Part shown: positions 40,368-47,978 of the stretch, one piece after another | Numbering within the stretch: position 1 is the first letter of the stretch | Layout of the letters: each line of letters opens with the position of its first letter | Assembly (NCBI GenBank): GCA_017429285.1 | Contig: JAFRPF010000016.1 | Coordinates: forward strand, 27,616-91,615 | From: Bacilli bacterium | GTDB taxonomy: Bacteria; Bacillota_I; Bacilli_A; RFN20; CAG-826 | Reading direction: 5' to 3' | DNA: 64,000 nt | Made by a program: the position numbers and the translations under genes | Notes under the pieces: generated by a model | Database searches by the model: none | Seen by the model: the letters and a program-made list of their open reading frames with translations, nothing else | Told to the model about the DNA's origin: nothing

Positions 40368-40411
40368 AACTAAGATGTACCCCAAATCCCGACAAAGGAG
40401 GAGGGGTTTTT
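40368..40411 (+). repeat. IS3/IS150-like inverted-repeat remnant forming a terminator (copy 1)
   Basis: GTACCCCAAATCC..GACA..GGGGT followed by a T run; shared with 47338-47385. Confidence 0.5.
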
Positions 40412-40496
40412 CATTATCAAAAGAAAACATAAAGCAAAATAACTTAAATTTATTTATTTTTATTCCATCATTTGATTTTGATATAGAATTAGTTAT

Positions 40497-41612
40497 ATGA
40501 AAAAAATACTAATAGCTTTATTAGCTAGTATTGCGGTTTTCTTTTCTATAGTCATTCCTCTTGGAAGTTTATCAATGAAAAAAACAGATGAATTTCGTGT
40601 GGCGATGGTCACCGACTTTTCTGATGTTAACGATGCCTCTTTTAACCAAGCCTGTTATGAAGGCGCAAAGGAGTGGGGCAATAAAAATGGCATAACTTTT
40701 AATTACTATAAACCGACAGGTATCTCTTTAGCGGAACGCGTTAAAGCCATGACTTTAGCTATTGATCGTGGATATGATGTCATATTATGTCCTGGCTTTG
40801 CATTAGGTGAAGCGATTGCTCAAATGGCACCTAAACATCCCAATGTGAAATTTATTGGTTTAGATATTAGCGAATCTGATTTTCCAGAAGGTTTTACCTT
40901 AACTGATAATATCGCTGTTTATAACTACCATGAAGAAATCGCTGGTTATTTAGCTGGTTATGGAGCGGTTAAAGAAGGATTTACCCATCTAGGTTATCTA
41001 GGTGGTATGGCTGCCTCTCAAGTCATCAGATTTGGTTATGGTTATATCCAAGGTATTGATGAGGCTGCACAAGAACTGAAAAGAAATGTCGAAATTCAAT
41101 ATGCTTATGGTGGGCAATTCTTCGGTGATAGTGAAATCTTTAAATCTATCGACGGATGGTATAAAACTGATCATACCGAAATAGTATTTGCTTGTGGTGG
41201 AAGTATCTATACTTCTGTGGCATTAGCAGCCAAAGAAAATAACGGTTATATGATCGGTGTTGATAGCGATCAATCCCCACTTATTGACCGTGATTATAAA
41301 ACTGGCATTTGTCTTACCAGTGCGATGAAAGGAATTAAACAAACCGTTATCGCAAAATTAGAAGATTATTATAATAATAATGTTTGGGAAAAAGGCGTTA
41401 ATTATTTAGGTTTGGTATCTAGTGAAGACCCCACTTTAAATTATGTGCAATTACCATTAGACACGTGGAGAATGAAAAACTTCACAGTTGAAGATTATAA
41501 AATCTTAATTGATCAAATTATCAAAAAAGAAAAAACTATCTCAGATAGCGTCACTGATTTCCCACCTACTAGTGAATATACGAAATTAAATAATCGAGGT
41601 TCAATCAAATAA
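40497..41612 (+). CDS. BMP family ABC substrate-binding protein (nucleoside-type)
   Basis: VAMVTD..VNDASFNQ, GYLAGY, IGVDSDQ, LTSAMKG. Confidence 0.88.
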   Translation: MKKILIALLASIAVFFSIVIPLGSLSMKKTDEFRVAMVTDFSDVNDASFNQACYEGAKEWGNKNGITFNYYKPTGISLAERVKAMTLAIDRGYDVILCPGFALGEAIAQMAPKHPNVKFIGLDISESDFPEGFTLTDNIAVYNYHEEIAGYLAGYGAVKEGFTHLGYLGGMAASQVIRFGYGYIQGIDEAAQELKRNVEIQYAYGGQFFGDSEIFKSIDGWYKTDHTEIVFACGGSIYTSVALAAKENNGYMIGVDSDQSPLIDRDYKTGICLTSAMKGIKQTVIAKLEDYYNNNVWEKGVNYLGLVSSEDPTLNYVQLPLDTWRMKNFTVEDYKILIDQIIKKEKTISDSVTDFPPTSEYTKLNNRGSIK

Positions 41613-41613
41613 T

Positions 41614-43230
41614 ATGGAAGAAATATATGCGATTGAAATGCTCGGTATCAGCAAAAGATTTGGGAACATTTTAGCTAATGACCATATCGATATAAGACTT
41701 AAAAAGGGTCATATTTTAGCGTTGTGTGGCGAAAATGGTGCGGGTAAATCAACGATTATGTCGATCCTCTTCGGTTTATATGAACCAGATGAAGGTGTGA
41801 TTAAAAAAGAAGGGGAAGTTGTTAAAATTAATAATCCTAACGATGCCACCAAATTAAATATTGGTATGGTTCATCAGCACTTCAAATTAGTGGACACTTT
41901 TACCGTTTTACAAAATATTATTTTAGGCGAGGAAACATTAAGGGAATATACTAATAATTTAAATATATTTAAAAAATCATTTAATTTCCTTAATAAACAC
42001 CTCTTTAAATTGATCGATTATAAAAAGGCGAGAAGTGAGATTATAGAAATTATTAATAAATATGATCTACATGTCGATTTAGATAAAAAGATCAAAGATA
42101 TCTCTGTTGAGATGCAACAGAAAGTGGAAATTATTAAGATGCTATATCGCCATAACGACATCTTAATCTTTGATGAGCCCACCGCGGTACTTACGGAACA
42201 GGAGATTCAAGATTTTCTAAAAATCCTGAAGAATCTTAAAAAAGAAGGTAAATCCATTATCTTTATCTCCCATAAATTAAACGAAGTCTTTTCCGTTAGT
42301 GATGAAATCACCGTTATTAGGAAAGGTAAATATATCGATACCTTACTAACTAAAGACACATCGAAAGAAGAAATATCCGCTTTAATGGTGGGCAGAAAAG
42401 TTGATCTAAATAGTAAAAAACACCAAAAAAGTATTGGTGAAGAAGTATTAAGAGTGGAACATTTAACTATTATTGATCCAATTAGTAAAAAGAAGGTTGT
42501 TAACGATGTTTCCTTTAATGTGAGAAAAGGAGAAATTGTCACTTTAGCGGGGATTGACGGTAATGGACAACAAGAAGTGATATATGGTATTACTGGAATT
42601 AAGAAAACTAGTGGTGGTTTAATCCTTCTTAACGGTAAAGATATCTCTAAGTTCTCTATTAGAGAAAGAATGAAATCAGGTATTTCTCATATCCCTGAAG
42701 ATAGACATAAATATGGTTTAGTTTTAGATTATACGATCTATGAAAATAGTATTCTTGATCGTTATTATGAAAAACCTTTTTCTAAATATTTCTTCTTACA
42801 CGATAAAGAAATCAAAAAATACACAGATCATTTAATTAATAAATATGATATTCGTTCTTCTAATGAAGGTAACACAATTACTAGAAGCATGTCTGGTGGT
42901 AATCAACAAAAGATTATAGTTGGTCGAGAAATAGAAAGAGAGCAGGATTTATTAATCGCTGTTCAACCCACTAGAGGTTTAGATATTGGAGCTATAGAAG
43001 GCATCCATCATTTGATACTAGAACAAAGAGATAAAGATAAAGCCATTTTATTAGTTTCTTTAGAACTCGATCAAGTTTTAACTTTATCTGATCGTATCCT
43101 CGTGATGTATGAAGGGGAAATAGTGGGTGAATTTAAGCCTCTTCATGTTAATCGCGAAACTCTTGGCTTATATATGTCAGGCGCGAAAAAAGCCATAGTT
43201 AATGCGATAAAGGAGGGTAATGATGAATAA
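41614..43230 (+). CDS. Sugar/nucleoside ABC transporter ATPase (two NBDs)
   Basis: GENGAGKST, MVHQHF, FDEPTAVL, SGGNQQK, QPTRGLD. Confidence 0.93.
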   Translation: MEEIYAIEMLGISKRFGNILANDHIDIRLKKGHILALCGENGAGKSTIMSILFGLYEPDEGVIKKEGEVVKINNPNDATKLNIGMVHQHFKLVDTFTVLQNIILGEETLREYTNNLNIFKKSFNFLNKHLFKLIDYKKARSEIIEIINKYDLHVDLDKKIKDISVEMQQKVEIIKMLYRHNDILIFDEPTAVLTEQEIQDFLKILKNLKKEGKSIIFISHKLNEVFSVSDEITVIRKGKYIDTLLTKDTSKEEISALMVGRKVDLNSKKHQKSIGEEVLRVEHLTIIDPISKKKVVNDVSFNVRKGEIVTLAGIDGNGQQEVIYGITGIKKTSGGLILLNGKDISKFSIRERMKSGISHIPEDRHKYGLVLDYTIYENSILDRYYEKPFSKYFFLHDKEIKKYTDHLINKYDIRSSNEGNTITRSMSGGNQQKIIVGREIEREQDLLIAVQPTRGLDIGAIEGIHHLILEQRDKDKAILLVSLELDQVLTLSDRILVMYEGEIVGEFKPLHVNRETLGLYMSGAKKAIVNAIKEGNDE

Positions 43231-44362
43231 AATAAAATCATTCTTCACTTCCTTTATTAAAAAAGACGCCACAAAAACGGTGGTAACCTCTCTCTGGTGC
43301 GCTTTATTAGGTTTGATATTAGGATTTATTATCCTCTTAATTATTAACGCTAGAGATGCCGCTTTTGGGATGACTTCCGTACTTGGTAATTATTTAATAT
43401 TCTCCTCTCATAGTGATCGGCTTAATTATTTTGGTCAAGCTTTAGCTAAAACTGCGCCATTAATTGCGATGAGTTTATCGATATTAGTGTGCTATAAAGC
43501 GGGATTATTTAATTTAGGTGGCTCTGGCCAATATTCTATCGCTGTTATTATCATCACCTTATTAGGTGTCGGGGCTAATATGCCGTGGTGGTTTGTTTTA
43601 ATTATCGCCATGATCGGCGCGGCTATCTGGTCGATGATATCTGGCGCTTTAAAAGCCTTCTTTAATGTGAACGAAGTGATATCCGGTATTATGCTAAACT
43701 GGATCGCTTTATATTTAACTAACGGTATCTTATCTAGTAACACCTCTATATGGGACTCTGCACATTCAGAATCATATCGAATCAGTAGTGGTTCTAATTC
43801 CTTTATCCCATCTATCGGTTTAGAGCATGTTTTTGCCGGTAATCAAATTGTCGGACTAGGGATGATTTTAATATTAGTCGTAGTCGCTATTATCTATATC
43901 TTATTTAAAAAGAGTACTGTGGGATATGAACTTAAAGCGACAGGATTTAATCCTGATGCGGCGAAATACGCTGGTATTAACTATGTTAAAAATGTTCTTA
44001 TTGCCACAGCGATTTCCGGTGCTTTAGCTGGTTTAGCTGCGGTCTTAAATTTACAAAACGGCTTTACTTCTTGGCGATTATCTAGTGTTACTCCAGAAAT
44101 TGGTTTCCAAGGTATCTCCGCCGCCTTCTTAGGAGGCTTACATCCAATTGGCATCATCTTCTCATCTTATTTCATCATCCATATTAGTGAAGGCGGATCG
44201 ATGATTACTGATTTAGGCTTTGCTCCAGAAGTAGCATCAATTATGACTTCAGTCATCATCTATCTCTCTGGTTTTACGGCCTTTATGAAAGAGATGATTC
44301 GTAAAAACGAAATCAAGGATGAACTTAATAGATTAAATAGAGAAAAGGAGAAGAAATCATGA
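43220..44362 (+). CDS. Nucleoside ABC transporter permease
   Basis: GLFNLGGSGQ, NEVISGIMLNW, G.NPDAAKYAGI. Confidence 0.88.
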   Translation: MMNKIKSFFTSFIKKDATKTVVTSLWCALLGLILGFIILLIINARDAAFGMTSVLGNYLIFSSHSDRLNYFGQALAKTAPLIAMSLSILVCYKAGLFNLGGSGQYSIAVIIITLLGVGANMPWWFVLIIAMIGAAIWSMISGALKAFFNVNEVISGIMLNWIALYLTNGILSSNTSIWDSAHSESYRISSGSNSFIPSIGLEHVFAGNQIVGLGMILILVVVAIIYILFKKSTVGYELKATGFNPDAAKYAGINYVKNVLIATAISGALAGLAAVLNLQNGFTSWRLSSVTPEIGFQGISAAFLGGLHPIGIIFSSYFIIHISEGGSMITDLGFAPEVASIMTSVIIYLSGFTAFMKEMIRKNEIKDELNRLNREKEKKS

Positions 44363-45315
44363 TTATTACATTATCGATATTATCTTTCCTTTTAGCTTAT
44401 GTTTCTGTTTTAACGATTACCGCGTTAGGAGGTATGTTCTCCGAAAAAAGCGGTACCGTGGCTTTATCATTAGAAGGTTCGATGACTATTGGTGCCTTTT
44501 CTAGTGGTGTAGCGATGTATTTATTACCGACTTATTTACCAGATGGATTATGCGCGATTATCGTGATATTAGTAGCAATAATTAGTAGTGGACTTTATTC
44601 CCTCTTATTAGCCTTAGCTTGTATCACTTTTAAAGCTAATCAAACACTAATTGGTACAGCATTAAATATCTTAAGTACCGCTTTAGCGGTAGTTATTATT
44701 AAACAGATAACGATAACCGAAGCTTTACCAGTGGGTAATTCTAGGTTAAGTTTCAATCGCTTCTATGAGATATTTAATTTCAATTTATTCGGTTTACAAG
44801 GGGTCAGATTTAACTGGCTAATCTTTATCGTTTTAGCCTTAATACCAATTATCTATGTTGTCATTTATAAAACAAAGTTTGGTTTAAGATTATCAAGTTG
44901 TGGTGAAAATCCTTCTAGCGCCGATTCTTTAGGAATCAATGTTAATAAGACTAGATATATCGGTGTCATATTATCTGGATTATTTGCTGGCTTCGGTGGC
45001 TTATTATTAATTAGCATGAACGCAGAATGGGAATTTGCAAATGGGGCGAGTGGATTTGGTTTCCTCGCTTTAGCGGTTTTAATCTTCGGTCAATGGAAAC
45101 CTCTATATATCTTCCTAGGAGCCTTTATCTTCTCCTTATTTAAGACCTTATCAGTGGTTTATCCATCTATCGACTTCTTAGCGAATTTAGGTATCTCTTC
45201 CTATTTCTATTTAGCTTTGCCTTATGTCGTCTGTTTAATTGTTTTAGTTTTTACTAGTAAAAAGAATGTGGGACCAAAAGCACTAGGTGTTCCGTATGAT
45301 AAAGGCAAACGATAA
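44359..45315 (+). CDS. Nucleoside ABC transporter permease
   Basis: GGMFSEKSG..LEG, CGENPSSADSLGI, FGQWKP, LPY, GPKALGVPY. Confidence 0.88.
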   Translation: MIITLSILSFLLAYVSVLTITALGGMFSEKSGTVALSLEGSMTIGAFSSGVAMYLLPTYLPDGLCAIIVILVAIISSGLYSLLLALACITFKANQTLIGTALNILSTALAVVIIKQITITEALPVGNSRLSFNRFYEIFNFNLFGLQGVRFNWLIFIVLALIPIIYVVIYKTKFGLRLSSCGENPSSADSLGINVNKTRYIGVILSGLFAGFGGLLLISMNAEWEFANGASGFGFLALAVLIFGQWKPLYIFLGAFIFSLFKTLSVVYPSIDFLANLGISSYFYLALPYVVCLIVLVFTSKKNVGPKALGVPYDKGKR

Positions 45316-45476
45316 GTTTTATATCTCATGTTATTTATAAAAAACATAGAGCATTAATGCCACCTTTAATCTTGAGAACTATAAATATAATAGGTAATAT
45401 AAAATTAGACATCCGTTAAACAAGTTAGTTTAACTACATAACAATAATATTTTCATTAAAGTAGTAGGGGGTTTAT

Positions 45477-47312
45477 ATGAAAAAGAATTTATACGCATTA
45501 TTATTAGCTTCTCTATTAGCTTTTTCTCTGCCTAGCTGCGCGAAGAAAGATAATAAGGGATCTAGTAATAGTGGTTCAGAAACATCTAGTTCTGAACATG
45601 TCCATCAATATGATGAACATGGTGTTTGCCCGGAAGATGGAGCTTATGAAGGAATTAGTAAAAAAGCCACGGAAGAAGATCCTATCGTTTTAAATAATCT
45701 AGTGGCTGGTAAAGAATACTTTGTAAGAGCGGAAATTGAAAAAGGCAAAACCAACATGTTTCACTTTCAAGGTGATTTAAAACCAGACTCTGATAAATGC
45801 CGGTTTTGGGAAAGAGTGGGTAACTCATGGAACGATATCAGTCAGCATATGTCTTATGACTTTTCCAGCGAAAGTGACGGATATATGTATGTTCGTTATG
45901 TATCCACTGAAGATGCTAATGAAGTCAAATTGTGGACTTCATTACATGAACATACAGTGACTAGTTCCGTATATGGATTCTGTGAAGAATGTTATGAATA
46001 TGCTGGCCAAACATTTAAATTAGGTGAGCAAATCGCTATTGATCCTTTAGAACCTAATAAAACTTATTTCATGAGATTTACGGGTTTAGATAAACAAGGT
46101 CGATATAAACTAAATATCGAAAGAGGATTTAAAGACGCTAATGAGAAATTATTTACCTGGGGTGCGAATGGTCGTAGCGGCTTTGAAGAAGTAGATTTAA
46201 TTAATAATGACGCTCCATTAGGATTTGATAGTCTCTATATTAGTTATAGTGTTTACTTTGAAGATAATAGTGTGACTATATCCTTAGCTAATTTAGAAGT
46301 TGACGCCGTTGGTTATCGTCTGAGCGATGGAGAATATTTAGGTGAAGAATTAACTAATGATGCCTTATTAACGTTAAAGACTGTTGAACAAGGTAAAAGC
46401 TATTATCGTATCGAAGTCTCTCCCGGAGATTTATATACCTTCACAATGGGCGCAGAATTAGCTAATCGTAGCTTTGATGATGAAATTCAATTCTATACGA
46501 GAAAAGAAGGCGTAAACACTAACATCAAACAATTAATAGATGTGGCCTTTATTATGCCAGAAGCTCCTGATGGATATTTATATATTTCCATTGATATTGA
46601 TGAAGATTATACCGCTCCATATTTTGGCTTAAAAGATATGAACTCTAATATGGGCATTACCGATGATGGCTTTTTCGTCGGTTATAGTTTAAAGCCAGGT
46701 TCACACTATCTTCCAGCCATGAGAGAAGGACAAATGTTTTTCTATAAATTTGATGTTTATTTAGATCATACATATAGGCTTAATAACATATCTGATTTCT
46801 CAATAGATGATTTCCATTTCTATGGCCATAATAAAAATTCCGAACAATATGATTCAATCAGTTATAGCGATGGTATTTCTATTGAAAGCAGTAGTCCTTA
46901 TGACTATGTCATATTAAAACTTATACCAACTAAAGAATGTGACGGCTCTTTTGGTTTTACCATTAGTCATGGTGGACATTTAAATAGTGTTAATGTTTGT
47001 ACTTACGATCATATCTTTGTAGGAAGCACATTAAGAAATGGTAGTTCCCTTTGGTTTAGTCTTAGTTTAGGTGATAAAGATTTCTATCGTTTCAAAGTCG
47101 AAGAAGGTAAAGAATATACATTTACACCAAATTTAACCGATAATAATGCAATTACTTATTATTCTTGTGTCGACACTAATTATGTCCCATTCTCCTGGGA
47201 TGGAAGTAAGAGAACATTATCATCAGAAGATGGTTATGTCTATATTATTGTTTACGCTGAAACTCAAGCGATAAGTGGCACCATAAAGTTAGAAGTTAGC
47301 GATATACAGTAA
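45477..47312 (+). CDS. Lipoprotein with five tandem ~110-aa modules
   Basis: Lipobox LPSC, Ser-rich linker, recurring DGY.Y[IV] motif. Confidence 0.7.
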   Translation: MKKNLYALLLASLLAFSLPSCAKKDNKGSSNSGSETSSSEHVHQYDEHGVCPEDGAYEGISKKATEEDPIVLNNLVAGKEYFVRAEIEKGKTNMFHFQGDLKPDSDKCRFWERVGNSWNDISQHMSYDFSSESDGYMYVRYVSTEDANEVKLWTSLHEHTVTSSVYGFCEECYEYAGQTFKLGEQIAIDPLEPNKTYFMRFTGLDKQGRYKLNIERGFKDANEKLFTWGANGRSGFEEVDLINNDAPLGFDSLYISYSVYFEDNSVTISLANLEVDAVGYRLSDGEYLGEELTNDALLTLKTVEQGKSYYRIEVSPGDLYTFTMGAELANRSFDDEIQFYTRKEGVNTNIKQLIDVAFIMPEAPDGYLYISIDIDEDYTAPYFGLKDMNSNMGITDDGFFVGYSLKPGSHYLPAMREGQMFFYKFDVYLDHTYRLNNISDFSIDDFHFYGHNKNSEQYDSISYSDGISIESSSPYDYVILKLIPTKECDGSFGFTISHGGHLNSVNVCTYDHIFVGSTLRNGSSLWFSLSLGDKDFYRFKVEEGKEYTFTPNLTDNNAITYYSCVDTNYVPFSWDGSKRTLSSEDGYVYIIVYAETQAISGTIKLEVSDIQ

Positions 47313-47337
47313 CACAAAATTAAGAAAACTCTTAGTT

Positions 47338-47385
47338 AACTGAAAGGTACCCCAAATCCTAGACATTAGGAAAGGGGTATTTTTT
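47338..47385 (+). repeat. IS3/IS150-like inverted-repeat remnant forming a terminator (copy 2)
   Basis: TGAAAGGTACCCCAAATCCTAGACA...GGGGTA followed by a T run. Confidence 0.5.
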
Positions 47386-47596
47386 CTTTGGAATTATTGC
47401 ATCACACAAGCATTAATGCCACTAAAGCAATTGGCAACAATTTCAATTAAATCCTAAAGACAATTTTAGATAAGTTAATCATATTTGGTTATGCTTCATT
47501 TTGAAATAATGCTCTTTTCAATTAGAAAAAAATAAAGTAAACAAACAACCTGATAGTGGTTTTTTCAAATATTTTTTATTTACAAAGTAAATAAAG

Positions 47597-47623
47597 TTAG
47601 CACTCTAAGGGGTTGAGTGCTTG
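47597..47623 (+). promoter_or_regulatory. CIRCE-like HrcA operator
   Basis: TTAGCACTC-N9-GAGTGCTTG, 2 mismatches to the consensus TTAGCACTC-N9-GAGTGCTAA. Confidence 0.7.
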
Positions 47624-47652
47624 ATTCTTCTTCTTCTTCTTCTTCTTACAAT
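47621..47652 (+). promoter_or_regulatory. Promoter with a (TTC)7 microsatellite in the -35/-10 spacer
   Basis: TTGATT (47621-47626), (TTC)7 at 47625-47645, TACAAT (47647-47652); spacer is 20 bp. Confidence 0.7.
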
Positions 47653-47658
47653 AGTCGC

Positions 47659-47960
47659 ATAGAGCGACTCCCCATTAGGGGGAGAACCTGAGGTCAGAGG
47701 TTCTCCACCGAAGTCGAAATTGCTCTATTTGACTGGATTAGAAAAAAGAATCACGGTGCACATGACTCTTAATGTTCTCTTCTAGTCACGTCAGTGGCGT
47801 TAGCAGTCGCGCAAGAGGCGCATAAGAACTCGCTAACAAGCTGACAAAAATCACTAGATTGATGTTTTTTGGCGTATGGATGAAATAGGTAATCCAAACA
47901 AAAAGAAATAATCAATCAAAGATTTATTCATACTCTAAGGTTAAAGGACCTAGAGATTTA
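47659..47960 (+). ncRNA. Candidate structured 5' leader RNA (~320 nt), family unknown
   Basis: GC-enriched non-coding stretch with many nested stems, e.g. GAGAACCT/AGGTTCTC, GTTAGC/GCTAAC, GTCAG/CTGAC, ATAGAGC/GCTCTAT. Confidence 0.5.
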
Positions 47961-47978
47961 CGAAAGGAGAGAACAAAT

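Larger units (their letters stand above)
29173..40411. mobile_element. tRNA-Arg-associated accessory island (prophage/recombinase remnants plus cargo-cassette array)
   Basis: Starts right after the tRNA terminator; contains phage tape-measure and recombinase-like fragments, typical mobile cargo, and repeated junction sites. The right boundary is approximate. Confidence 0.7.

Noticed and set aside
47650..47960. Structured region as tmRNA, RNase P, SRP RNA or a group II intron
   Set aside because: No tRNA-like ends, GAGGAAAGTCC, SRP loop or domain V signature recognised on either strand.
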